Assembly: GCA_963783135.1 (NCBI GenBank)
Contig: CAWAMH010000006.1
Span: 21,792-85,791, forward strand
Length of the DNA: 64,000 bases
Direction: 5' to 3'
Source of the DNA: an uncultured Chloroflexia bacterium
GTDB lineage: Bacteria; Chloroflexota; Limnocylindria; Limnocylindrales; CSP1-4
The notes beneath the pieces are model-generated. The model was given only the letters and a program-made list of their open reading frames with translations, did not search any database and had not been told where the DNA came from. The stretch's first letter is position 1; each line of letters starts with the position of its first letter. Positions 1 to 9,426 of the stretch are shown in pieces. Position numbers and translations under genes: made by a program.

Positions 1-207
1 AACGCTGCCGACCGCTCGCGCCGCGCCGTCCACGGCCCGGCTCTCCCAGTCGTCGCCGGCCGACCCAGGACCGCACCAATTCATCCGGAGCCGTCTCCTC
101 GGCGCATGCCTTTCCGAGACGTTCGGCGGGTCGCGACGCCGCCACGTCGGCCCATCCCCAGGCGGCGGACCAGCGGGTGCGTCGTGACATCAGGAAAGGA
201 CCGGACC

Positions 208-1329
208 ATGCGGAGAGCCTTCTCCGTCCCCGCGCTGGGCGCGGCGATGGTGGTGCTGACGATCGGGGGCGCGCCACTGCTGGCGCTCGCCGCCGACCAT
301 CTCGACGCACCGAACCTGGGATCCATCCATGTGGATCCCAGCGACAACCTATCGGTCACCAAGCTCAATGGCCCACTCGACATCAACGACGTGTACGTCT
401 TCAAGGGAGGGTCGGCCAACCATACCGTCCTGGCGATGACCGTGAACCCGGCGGTCAACCTGGGCATCGGGCCAAGCACATTCCAGGCTGGCGCCGCGTA
501 CGCGTTCAACGTCGATACCAACAAGAACTCACGAGCCGATCGCCAGTTCGAGATCGTCTTCGGGAAGCCGAAGGCGAACGGCTCGCAGTCCTACAAGGTC
601 ACCTATGAGAAGGGTGACCACACGCGGACGATCGCCCGCGGCTGGACCGGCAAGTCCACCTGGACCGGTCATGTCGGCTCGTTCGCCGGCGTGCGCTCGG
701 ACCCGTTCTTCTTCGATCTGCTCGGGTTCCTCGGCTCGGTCAAGGGCGAGGGCACCCGCCGGCTCGATGACACGAAGGAGTCGGACTTCTTCGTCGGGCT
801 GAACACGCTGGCGATCGTCATCGAAGTGCCGAACGCCCAGCTGGGCGGCAATGGACGGAACATCGGCGTCTGGGCCACCACCCGGGACAAGCACGACCGG
901 CGCATCGACCAGATGGGTCGACCGGCGATCAACACCGTATTCAACCCCGCCGCCGACAAGATCGCCTTCAACAAGACCGCGCCCTACAAGCAGCCGACGG
1001 CCATGGGCGGCAAGTTCCGGTCGAACGTGATCGGGACGCTCGAAGCATTCTCGGCGCTTGATGCCGAGGGTGCCTACGCCCCGGGCGACGCGGCCACGCT
1101 GGCCGGGATCCTCCTGCCCGACGAGCTGCGCTACGACGTCGGCTCGATGGCGGCCGGACCGCTCAACGGTCGCGGCCTCGCCGACGACGTCATCGACGCC
1201 GAGCTCAACATCGTGACGGGCGGGTTCCCGTTCGCCGGCCGCGACGCGACCGGCGCCATCCCGACCGACGGTGTCGGCCCCCACGCGGATTACCTGGCCA
1301 GCTTCCCGTACCTCGGGATGCCCCACTAG
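208..1329 (+). CDS. Secreted DUF4331-family protein. Signal peptide MRRAFSVPALGAAMVVLTIGGAPLLALA, followed by an AADHLDAPN motif.
   Basis: In-frame ATG at 208 inside ORF 106..1329, with an AGGAAAGGA ribosome-binding site 8 nt upstream. The N-terminal signal peptide is hydrophobic. The mature N-terminus 'DHLDAP' is typical of DUF4331 proteins. Confidence 0.6.
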   Translation: MRRAFSVPALGAAMVVLTIGGAPLLALAADHLDAPNLGSIHVDPSDNLSVTKLNGPLDINDVYVFKGGSANHTVLAMTVNPAVNLGIGPSTFQAGAAYAFNVDTNKNSRADRQFEIVFGKPKANGSQSYKVTYEKGDHTRTIARGWTGKSTWTGHVGSFAGVRSDPFFFDLLGFLGSVKGEGTRRLDDTKESDFFVGLNTLAIVIEVPNAQLGGNGRNIGVWATTRDKHDRRIDQMGRPAINTVFNPAADKIAFNKTAPYKQPTAMGGKFRSNVIGTLEAFSALDAEGAYAPGDAATLAGILLPDELRYDVGSMAAGPLNGRGLADDVIDAELNIVTGGFPFAGRDATGAIPTDGVGPHADYLASFPYLGMPH

Positions 1330-1401
1330 GACCAAGCATCGCTGGGAGCGGCCGCGACGCCGTTCCCAGCGAGCCGACTCCACGAAAGGACGGCGCCCGA
1401 C

Positions 1402-2857
1402 ATGGCCACGACCACGACCCGCTCGCGATCCTCGCACCGATCCCGCCGACCTCTGCTGTTCATCGTTGCGGCGTTCGCGGTCGCGGCAGGCAGCTACGGC
1501 GCCGACCATCTCGGTCTGTTCCGGTCGGCGCGGACGTCCGACGCCATGACGTCGAGCTCGGTCGTCCGGCCCCCGACCACCACGACCAGCGGATCGGTCG
1601 CCAGCGGCGGGACCGTGGACGCCCCCGTCGCGCCGGACGGCCCGTCCGGAGCCGGCCAGGCTGCGACGACCCAGGACCTCGACCGAGCGATCGGTGTCTG
1701 GACCGCCAACCTCCAGCGCGACCCGGCGGACTTCATCAGTGCCCAGAACCTCGCCGTCGCCTACTACACCCGCGGTCGCCTGACGGGCAGCGCCGACGAC
1801 TATGGGCGTGCCCAGGAGGCCGTCGACGCCGGACTCGTCGTCTATCCCGACGACCGAGCGGCCCAGACGCTCAAGGCGCTGCTCCTGTACACCCTGCATG
1901 ACTTCGACGGCTCCATCCGCGCCGCCCAGGCGATCGTCGATGCCGATCCGGGTCAGCTCCAGGCGCTCGCGACGGTCGGCGACAGTCTGCTCGAGCTCGG
2001 TCGCTACGATGCTGCGGCCGCCACGTTCACGACGCTCGCCAAGGCGCAGCCGGGGGCCGCCGTGACCGCCCGTCTCGCTCGCCTGGCGTCCCTTCGCGGC
2101 GCCGACGCCGACGCGATGACGCTCGCTCGACGCGCCCGACAGGAGGCCGTCGCCGAAGGGAGCGACGGGACGTCACTGGCCTTCTACGACTACCTGATCG
2201 GGTATCTCGCCTTCCAGGCCGGTCGGCTGGACCCCGCCGCCGCGGGCTATGAGGCGGCCCTCGAGGATTGGCCCGGGTCGTACCTTGCCCTGGAGGGCCT
2301 CGCGAAGGTGCGAGCCGCACAGGACCGGGTACCCGACGCGATCGACCTGTATCGTCGGGCCATCGCCATCGTGCCCGCAGCCCGAGTTCCTGTCCGGGCT
2401 CGGCGACCTCTACGCGCTCCAGGGAGACGCGGCTGACGCCGCCAAGCAGTACGCGACCGTTCGTGCGATCGCCCGGCTCCAGGCGCTCCAGGCGCAGCTC
2501 TTCAACCGCCAGCTCGTGCTGTTCCGGGTCAACCACGGCGAGGACGTCGCTGCGGCGCTCGCGATGGCCGAACAGGAGCTCGCCGTCCGCAAGGACGTCT
2601 ACGGCTGGGATGCCGACGCGTGGGCCCTTCTCGCCAACGGCCGCGCGGCCGATGCCGACGTCGCGATGCGCAACGCGCTCGCGCTCGGGACTCACGATCC
2701 GTTGCTGGCCTACCACGCGGGGATGATCGCCCACGCCCTCGGTGACGACGCACGAGCCCGGACGTACCTGACCGCTGCGCTCCACACCAACCCCGGGTTC
2801 GATCCGTTGCAGGCCGCCCGCGCCCGATCGACCCTCGCTGGACTGTCCACGCCCTGA
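1402..2857 (+). CDS. TPR-repeat protein with an N-terminal membrane anchor and an apparent frameshift near 2385. ORF 1402..2436 continues in ORF 2249..2857.
   Basis: Repeated TPR-like helices (AYYTRGRL, LELGRYDAA, AFQAGRLDPAA, YALQGDAADAAKQY, AHALGDDARART) run across two frames. The reading frame changes between '...AIAIVPA' and 'QPEFLSGLGDLYALQGD'. Confidence 0.55.
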
Positions 2858-2916
2858 GCCGGCCGACCGGTCTCACGCAGGCCGGCTGGACAGGGGGGTC
2901 GAGTACACTCGCGGCC

Positions 2917-3609
2917 GTGGACGACCGGGCGACGCCGACAGCACGCGGCTGGTTCATCACCATCGAAGGGCCGGACGGGGCCGGCAAGACGCTCGTGACC
3001 GAGCGCCTGCGCGAGGCCTTCGAGACACGCGGGATGCACGTCCTCGTGACCCGCGAGCCAGGCGGGACCGCCGTCGGCGAGCAGGTCCGCCACATCGTCC
3101 TGGATCATGCCCCGGACGACGTCGCCCACGATCCGCGAGCCGATGCGCTCCTGTTCAGCGCCGCCCGGGCGCAGCTCGTCGCCCAGGTCATCGAGCCGGC
3201 GCTCGCGGCCGGCGCGATCGTGCTCGACACCCGGCACGCCGACTCGACGCTCGCCTACCAGGGCTACGGCGGTGGCCTGCCGGTGGCGACCCTCCGGGAA
3301 CTCCAGTCGTTCGCGACCGGCGGCCGGCGGCCCGACCTGACCCTGCTCCTTGACGTCCCGGTCGAGATCGGCTTGGCCCGGAAGCAGGACGACGAGCAGA
3401 CACGCTACGAGGCGGCCTTCGACCTGGCGTTCCATCGGCGCGTTCGCGAGGGCTACCTCGCTCTCGCCGCCGCCGAGCCGGAGCGGTTCGTCGTCATCGA
3501 CGCCACGGCGCCCGTCGACGCGGTCGTCGACCTCGGCGAACGGGCGATCCTGGCGCGCATCGGCACCGCGACTGAACCGGCATCGGCCTCGGTGCGCATG
3601 CATCGATGA
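2917..3609 (+). CDS. tmk: Thymidylate (dTMP) kinase
   Basis: P-loop IEGPDGAGKT, the REPGGT motif and a DTRHADSTLAYQG lid region. Length of 230 aa is typical for Tmk. Confidence 0.9.
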   Translation: MDDRATPTARGWFITIEGPDGAGKTLVTERLREAFETRGMHVLVTREPGGTAVGEQVRHIVLDHAPDDVAHDPRADALLFSAARAQLVAQVIEPALAAGAIVLDTRHADSTLAYQGYGGGLPVATLRELQSFATGGRRPDLTLLLDVPVEIGLARKQDDEQTRYEAAFDLAFHRRVREGYLALAAAEPERFVVIDATAPVDAVVDLGERAILARIGTATEPASASVRMHR

Positions 3610-4247
3610 ACCGATCCTCGGGGACCGTCCCGGGGCGGCTGGCGACCGCCGCCGACGATGCCGACCGAGCCGCGCTCGACCGGCTGGCCGGCGGTGACCA
3701 CGAGGCGATCGAGATCCTGTACGAGCGCTACAAGACCATGGCCTACGCACTTGCCCTTCGGATCACCGGCGACAGCGCCAGCGCCGAGGACGTCGTCCAG
3801 GACGCCTTCGTCGGTGCGTGGCGGAACGCCGCGCGCTACGAGCAGGGTCGTGGCAGCGTGAAGACGTGGCTGCTGTCGATCGTCCACCATCGGGCGATCG
3901 ACGCCACGCGTCGGCGACGACCGACGACCGAGCTCCCGGAGACCGAGGGTCCGACGCCGAGCGCGCTCACCATCCCCGACGTCTGGCCCGAGGTCGCCGG
4001 CCGCCTCGACCGCGACGCGGTCCTCGCTGCACTCGCGACCCTGAGTGACGTCCAGCGCGAGGCGATCGAGCTCGGCTACTTCGGCGGACTCACGCAACAG
4101 GAGGTCGCCGCCCGGACGGGCGCCCCGCTCGGGACGGTCAAGAGCCGGATGCGGCTGGGCCTGCTGGCGCTGCGGCGCGAGCTCACCGACGACCGACCCG
4201 CGGGCGACGGACCGCCGCTCGGCGCCGACCAGGCGGGCGTGACATGA
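3606..4247 (+). CDS. ECF (sigma-70 family, group IV) RNA polymerase sigma factor
   Basis: Region 2 (EDVVQDAFVGAWRNAARYE) and region 4 (LSDVQREAIELGYFGGLTQQEVAARTGAPLGTVKSRM). The ATGA overlap with the tmk stop suggests translational coupling. Confidence 0.85.
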   Translation: MNRSSGTVPGRLATAADDADRAALDRLAGGDHEAIEILYERYKTMAYALALRITGDSASAEDVVQDAFVGAWRNAARYEQGRGSVKTWLLSIVHHRAIDATRRRRPTTELPETEGPTPSALTIPDVWPEVAGRLDRDAVLAALATLSDVQREAIELGYFGGLTQQEVAARTGAPLGTVKSRMRLGLLALRRELTDDRPAGDGPPLGADQAGVT

Positions 4248-5119
4248 CCGCGCATCGACCGACCGATCCGCTGACCTGCGACGAGGCCCGCGACCTGGCG
4301 GCGGGGTTCGTCCTCGGGGCGCTCGATCCGGCCGAGATGGCCGCGGTCCGGGATCACCTCGCGACGTGCCTCGAGCCCCATCCGGAGTTCGACGAGCTGG
4401 GCGGCGTCGTGCCGTATCTGGCCGACGCGCTCGAGCCCGTCGAGCCGCCCGCGACACTCGGGGCCCGGGTCATGGCCGCCGTTGCGGCCGACGCGGCCCA
4501 GGCTGGCTCGACAGCCGCAGCTCCGTCACCGTCCGACGTCGCAGTTCCGTCACCATCCCAGGCGGCTGGGCCGGATCGGCCCACGCCATCGTCGAGCGAG
4601 GTCATCGACCTCGCGTCCGAGCGGACCCGACGGCGGTCGCCGCTCGTCTGGCTCGCCGCGGCTGCGGCCGTCCTCCTCATCGTCGCGCTCGGCGCCTGGA
4701 ACGTCTCGCTCCGGACACAGCTCGACGATGCTGCTGCGTACGCGGCTGCCGTCGACGAGGTCCTGGCCCTGGCCGCCACGCCCGGTGGCCAGGCGGCCAT
4801 CCTCACGCCCGGCGCTGCCGGCGGTCCGAGTGGCATCGCCGCGATCGGCTCCGATGGCCGGATCCAGCTCGCGATGCGCGGGTTGGCGCCGACGTCGGGG
4901 AGCCAGGTCTACGAAGCGTGGGTGATCGGCGCCGGCGGGCCGGACCCGATCGCGATCGGCTCGTTCACGCCCGACGGCCAGGGCTTCGGCACGTTGACGA
5001 CCAGCGGGGCGTCGGGCGCGACCGGCGTGACGATCGCGCTCACCCTGGAGCCGAACGCGGGGCGGACGACGCCGACGCCACCGGTGCTCGCCAGCGGGGT
5101 CGCCTCCGGCTCGAGCTGA
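4244..5119 (+). CDS. Anti-sigma factor, RskA-like: N-terminal anti-sigma domain, a TM helix and a C-terminal extracytoplasmic domain
   Basis: ATGA overlap with the upstream sigma factor gene. N-terminus CDEARDLAAGFVLGALDPAEMAAVRDHLATC. A single TM segment (PLVWLAAAAAVLLIVALGAW) is followed by a C-terminal domain resembling anti-sigma-K RskA. Confidence 0.75.
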   Translation: MTAHRPTDPLTCDEARDLAAGFVLGALDPAEMAAVRDHLATCLEPHPEFDELGGVVPYLADALEPVEPPATLGARVMAAVAADAAQAGSTAAAPSPSDVAVPSPSQAAGPDRPTPSSSEVIDLASERTRRRSPLVWLAAAAAVLLIVALGAWNVSLRTQLDDAAAYAAAVDEVLALAATPGGQAAILTPGAAGGPSGIAAIGSDGRIQLAMRGLAPTSGSQVYEAWVIGAGGPDPIAIGSFTPDGQGFGTLTTSGASGATGVTIALTLEPNAGRTTPTPPVLASGVASGSS

Positions 5120-5170
5120 CCCGCCGGGCGCCCGAGCACGGCAGCGCGCGCGGGCCTGCCCCCGACTCGG

Positions 5171-6152
5171 TCAGCCTTCGGCGGCGGCCGTCGGTGGTGC
5201 GGCGAGCATCCCGCCGCCGGCTTCCCGGGCGGCGGCCAGCGCGGCGTCGGCGGCGGCCCGGAGATCATCGGCGGTGCCGCCATCGACCGGGAACCGGGCC
5301 ACTCCGGCCGAGACCGTGATCGACCGGCCGTCGGACGCCGGCAACGCGGCGATCCCGTCGAGGACCCGCTGGGCGACGGTCACTCCTGCCGAGCCCGGCG
5401 CGACGAGGACGAACTCGTCGCCGCCGATCCGAGCGACCGTGTCCACGAGCCGGACGGACTCGGCGAGGACCGCCGCGACGGCGCGGAGGACGTCGTCGCC
5501 GGCCCCGTGGCCGGCGGCCTCGTTGACCGCGGTCAGGTCGTCGACGTCGAAGACCGCCAGCGAGACTTCGCCGCCCTGTCGGCCGGCTCGCGCGAGCTCG
5601 AGCTCGAGGATCCGGCCGAACGTCCGCTCGTTCGCCAGCCCGGTCAGTGGGTCCGTGTGGGCCATCCGCTCGAACCACTCCGATCGCTCGGCGATCATCG
5701 AGCCGAGACGGGCTCGATCGACGGCGACGGCGGTGAGCGCGGCGAGGGCGCCGAGCGTCGTCCGCTCGTCATCGTCGGGCTCCGAGTCGCCCGCCCGACC
5801 GAGGGTCAGCACGCCGACGAGCTGCTCGATCCCGCCCCGGCTGACCACGAGCGGCAGGTGGATGAGATCCTCGCCCATCCGGGCGACCCGGTCGGCGGCC
5901 GTCTGGGCGACCGGACCGTCCGGCCCGACGTAGGTCGTCTCGAACTCCGCCGCGCGTCTCGTCGTCGGCGCCGCTCACCACGCGCGACCTGGAGCTCGGC
6001 TCGATCGGGATCCTGGAGGGTGACGGCCGCGAACGACGACGCCCAGGCTGCGACGTCGCGACCTCGAGGAGGGCCCCGACGCTGGCGTCGAGGTCGTCGC
6101 TGGCGGCGAGCGTGGCCGCGGCTCGGGCGAGAAGGTCGGCGACGGGATCCAT
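5171..6152 (-). CDS. GAF-GGDEF diguanylate cyclase. The GGDEF domain is intact (RIGGDEF); the N-terminal GAF region is broken by at least 2 frameshifts between about 5975 and 6060.
   Basis: The GGDEF domain carries the RIGGDEFVLV signature. The upstream GAF-like sequence is split over three frames: MDPVADLLARAAATL..., AAVTLQDPDRAELQVAR and RRAAEFETTYVGPDGPVAQTAADRVARMGEDL. Confidence 0.7.
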
Positions 6153-6232
6153 GCGCGAGCGGTCCTCCGGCGGTGGCGCGAGAGCCTGCATCGTACGCCC
6201 CGCCGGGGTCTCCGTGCGAGCCTGAGCGCACC

Positions 6233-6238
6233 TATACT
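6233..6238 (+). promoter_or_regulatory. -10-like hexamer TATACT ending 7 nt before the darA ATG. The transcript is probably leaderless.
   Basis: TATACT at 6233-6238, start codon at 6246. The spacing is typical of actinobacterial leaderless mRNAs. Confidence 0.3.
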
Positions 6239-6245
6239 CCGGCCG

Positions 6246-6575
6246 ATGAAGCTCGTCGTCGCCATCGTCCACAACGAGGACGCCGGCACGTTGGTCGACG
6301 CCCTGCTCGAGCGTGAGCATCGGGCGACCCGACTGCACTCCTCGGGCGGGTTCCTCAAGCAGTCGAACGCGACGATCCTCGTCGGCATCGACGACGACCG
6401 GGTCGAGGAGATCCTCGGGATCGTCCGCGAGAACTGCACGGCCCGCACCCAGATCGTCAACCCGATGCCGCCGATCATGGAGCCCGGCGAGTTCTTCATG
6501 CCCTACCCGCTCGAGGTCGAGGTCGGCGGGGCGACCGTGTTCGTCCTCCCGGTCGAGCGCTTCGAGCGGCTCTGA
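6246..6575 (+). CDS. darA: Cyclic-di-AMP receptor, PII-like protein (DarA/PstA/YaaQ, DUF970)
   Basis: Near full-length similarity to Bacillus YaaQ/DarA: MKLVVAIVHNEDAGTLVDAL, GGFL, DDRVEEILGIVRENC and PYPLEVEVGGATVFVLPVERF. Length is 109 aa. Confidence 0.85.
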   Translation: MKLVVAIVHNEDAGTLVDALLEREHRATRLHSSGGFLKQSNATILVGIDDDRVEEILGIVRENCTARTQIVNPMPPIMEPGEFFMPYPLEVEVGGATVFVLPVERFERL

Positions 6576-6585
6576 CGGCCCTCCC

Positions 6586-7185
6586 GTGACGGCTGCCGCA
6601 GCCGACCGGCTCGACCGGCTCGCGATCGACGCACCGGACGTCGTCGCGGCCTACCGCGGCATCGACGAAGGTCGCTCGGAGACCGTCCGGCGCGAGATCC
6701 GTCGGCGGGCCGGCCCGGGCACCGCCGAAGCGCTGATCCTCCAGCTGGCAGCGACGGCCCGCGCCCTGGTGGGCGTGGTCGGTGGGCTTCCAGCCGTGGC
6801 CCTCGAGTGGCCCGGGGGCGAGGCCGAGTGGAACGTGGCCGAGACGATCGGCCACGTGGCGGCCGCCCGGTCCGGGCTGGCCCTGGCAGCGAGCCTCGCT
6901 GCGCAGGGTCGCTGGCCTACCGCCACGGCGGCCGTGGTACCGGGCGTTCCGGGACCCGCGGACGCCGACGTTCCGGTACTGATCGCCAGGATCGAGCGGA
7001 GCCAGCGGATCGCCCAGCGCGCGGCCCGGGCGGTGGTCGGCCACGAGACCGATGACTGTCCCCTGGACCACCCGCTCGTCGGCCGGCTGCGCTGCGGCGA
7101 GTGGCTCCTGTTCGCCGGCGTCCACGACCTCATGCACCTCGACCAGCTCGAAGGGATCGTCCGCGACCACGGCGCGGCGTACTGA
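6586..7185 (+). CDS. DinB/YfiT-like (DinB_2 superfamily) metal-dependent protein
   Basis: GTG start immediately after the darA stop. The sequence has a four-helix-bundle character, with an HVAAAR motif and a C-terminal HDLMHLDQL motif typical of the DinB_2 family. Confidence 0.55.
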   Translation: MTAAAADRLDRLAIDAPDVVAAYRGIDEGRSETVRREIRRRAGPGTAEALILQLAATARALVGVVGGLPAVALEWPGGEAEWNVAETIGHVAAARSGLALAASLAAQGRWPTATAAVVPGVPGPADADVPVLIARIERSQRIAQRAARAVVGHETDDCPLDHPLVGRLRCGEWLLFAGVHDLMHLDQLEGIVRDHGAAY

Positions 7186-7191
7186 ATCGGG

Positions 7192-7678
7192 ATGTACCGT
7201 CCTGATCTCGTCGACGTCTGGATCTTCCGGATCGCGGAGCACGGTCAGGAGATCCTGCGTCATGCGCCGAGCGGCGGGCCGGGTCCTGCCCGGGCTGTGG
7301 CAGGGCGTCTCCGGCTCGATCGAGCCCGACGAGCGGATCGCCGCCGCGGCCCGCCGCGAGCTGGCCGAGGAGACCGGCTTCGCAGATGCGGCGCTCGAGG
7401 CCTTCTACGATCTCGACCTGGTCAACCAGTTCCACTGGCCGGCGGTCGACGCGATCGTCAGCGCGGCGGTCTTCGGCGCCCGGGTCGGGCCGGCCGCCGA
7501 TCCGGTGCTGTCGGAGGAGCACGACGCGTTCCGCTGGGTCCGACCGGCGGCGGCGCTCGACCTCCTCGTCTGGCCGGCCTACCGGACGGCGATCGAGATC
7601 GTCGCGCGCGACCTCGTCGATCCGGCCCGCGAGCCCTGGTTCCGCCTCCGGCCCGACGGCAGCCGGATGGTAGACTGA
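7192..7678 (+). CDS. NUDIX hydrolase with an apparent 1-bp frameshift near 7258. The N-terminus is in ORF 7192 and the remainder in ORF 7052..7678.
   Basis: N-terminal strand MYRPDLVDVWIFRIAEHGQEIL, followed in another frame by MRRAAGRVLPGLWQGVSGSIEPDERIAAAARRELAEETGF, which contains the Nudix box. Confidence 0.75.
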
Positions 7679-7731
7679 CCCGCAACCTGCCCCCATTCGC
7701 GGACGGCGGCCGCGCACCCTCGGAGGCCAGA

Positions 7732-8934
7732 TTGCTCGATCGACCCGACTCCCCGACGACCCCGCTCGCGTCCCTTCCCGAGGCCGCCCAGCGGCGGGTC
7801 TTCCGGTCGAAGGTCGACACGATCCGGCCGACCTACGGGTTCGAGGACGTCAGCCTGGCGCCGGGGACGAGCACGATCGAGCCCGACGACGTGGAGCTGG
7901 CTCAGACGTTCTGCGGGATCGAGCTCGCGGTCCCGATCCTCGCCTCGGCGATGGACGCGGTCGTCGATGTCCGGCTGGCCGGAGAGCTGGCTCGGCTCGG
8001 CGGGCTGGCGGTGCTCAACCTCGAAGGTGTCCAGGCTCGCTACGACGACCCGGACGTCGTCCTCGAGCGGATCGCCTCGGCGGCCGATGCCGACGTCCAG
8101 GACCTGCTCGCCGAGGCGTACGCCCAGCCGATCCGCGAGGAGCTGATCGCCCGGCGGATCGCCGAGATCCATGCAGCCGGGTCGAAGGTCGCCGTGGCCG
8201 CCACGCCGGCGGCGGCTCGCCGGTTCGGCCCGTTCTGCGCTGAGCACGGGGCCGACCTGTTCCTCGTCCAGAGCCAGGTCTCGAGCGCTCGTCACCTGGC
8301 GACGCAGTACGACCCGCTGTCGCTCGAGGAGTTCACCCGGTTCATGCCGATCCCGGTCGCGGTCGGCAACACGACGAACGCCGAGGCGGCGTTCGCGCTG
8401 ATGGAGCAGGGCGCTGCTGCCGTGTTCGTCGGCGTCGGCCCGGGCGCGGCCTGCACGACGCGGGAGGTCCTCGGGATCGGCGTCCCGCAGGTCAGCGCGA
8501 TCAGCGACGTCGCGGCCGCGCGCGAGGCCTACGTCGCCGAGACCGGCCGCTACGTCCCGGTCGTCGCCGATGGCGGGATGCGTCGCGGGGGCGAGCTGGC
8601 CAAGGCGATCGCCGCCGGCGCCGACGTGCTCATGCTCGGTTCGCCGCTCGCCCGCGCCGCCGAGGCGCCCGGGCGAGGCATGAACTGGGGGATGGCCGCG
8701 CCGTCACCGACACTCCCGCGCGGGACGCGGATCAAGGTCGGGACGGTCGGGCCGCTCGAGCGGATCCTGTTCGGTCCCGCCCACGTGACCGACGGGTCCG
8801 AGAACCTGACCGGCGCCCTCCGCCAGTCGATGGCCGCGCTCGGCGCCCGGACCATCCGCGACATGCAGGCGGTCGAGATGGTCTTCGCGCCGTCGGTCCA
8901 GACCGAGGGCAAGTCCTGGCAGCGATCTCGCTGA
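7732..8934 (+). CDS. IMP dehydrogenase-family protein (GuaB3-like, no CBS insertion)
   Basis: TTG start with a GGAGG ribosome-binding site. An IMPDH TIM barrel is recognisable (GFEDVSLAPGTSTIEP, GVGPGAACTTREVLGIGVPQVSAI, VVADGGMRRGGELAKAIAAGADVLMLGS). Sequence and length match actinobacterial GuaB3. Confidence 0.8.
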   Translation: MLDRPDSPTTPLASLPEAAQRRVFRSKVDTIRPTYGFEDVSLAPGTSTIEPDDVELAQTFCGIELAVPILASAMDAVVDVRLAGELARLGGLAVLNLEGVQARYDDPDVVLERIASAADADVQDLLAEAYAQPIREELIARRIAEIHAAGSKVAVAATPAAARRFGPFCAEHGADLFLVQSQVSSARHLATQYDPLSLEEFTRFMPIPVAVGNTTNAEAAFALMEQGAAAVFVGVGPGAACTTREVLGIGVPQVSAISDVAAAREAYVAETGRYVPVVADGGMRRGGELAKAIAAGADVLMLGSPLARAAEAPGRGMNWGMAAPSPTLPRGTRIKVGTVGPLERILFGPAHVTDGSENLTGALRQSMAALGARTIRDMQAVEMVFAPSVQTEGKSWQRSR

Positions 8935-9017
8935 GCGATCCGGGCGATGCTGCCGAGGCGGCGTCGAACAGCGCGGCCCAGATCGCGGAGGACAGCCTGT
9001 ACGCCCTTGTCGGCGGG

Positions 9018-9362
9018 ATGCCCTTCTTCGAGCGGCTGGTCGGACGGTTCTACGACGGGGTCGCGGCCGATCCGGCGCTCCGGCCGCTGTACCCCGAGAC
9101 CGACAACTCGCTTCCGGACGCGCGTCATCGACTGACGCTCTTCCTGGCTCAGTACTGGGGCGGTCCGACGACCTACGACCAGGAGCGCGGTCATCCTCGG
9201 CTCCGGATGCGTCACGCGCCGTTCGCGATCGGCCCCGCCGAGCGCGACGCCTGGCTGCGCCACATGTCCGAGGCGATCGCCGACACCCGGCCGCCGGCAG
9301 CGGCCGCCACCCGGCTCCACGACTACTTCGAGATGGCCGCCGAGGCGATGCGCAACCGCTGA
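9018..9362 (+). CDS. glbO: Group II truncated haemoglobin (trHbO/GlbO)
   Basis: Strong similarity to M. tuberculosis GlbO: FYDGVAADPALRPLYPE, LFLAQYWGGPTTYDQERGHPRLRMRHAPFAIGPAERDAWL. The N-terminus 'SLYALVGG' lies in-frame upstream of the first ATG, so the real start may be a non-canonical codon upstream. Confidence 0.8.
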   Translation: MPFFERLVGRFYDGVAADPALRPLYPETDNSLPDARHRLTLFLAQYWGGPTTYDQERGHPRLRMRHAPFAIGPAERDAWLRHMSEAIADTRPPAAAATRLHDYFEMAAEAMRNR

Positions 9363-9426
9363 GTCGCGGAGCCTGCCCGAAGCGCATCCCACGCGACGAT
9401 GCGGGCCGGAGCACCACCCGTGGACG

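Noticed and set aside
81-524. 147-aa minus-strand ORF at the window start, and several other 60-250-aa antisense or out-of-frame ORFs in the table
   Set aside because: They overlap better-supported genes in another frame or strand. Their composition is the Arg/Ala/Pro/Gly bias expected for random GC-rich frames.
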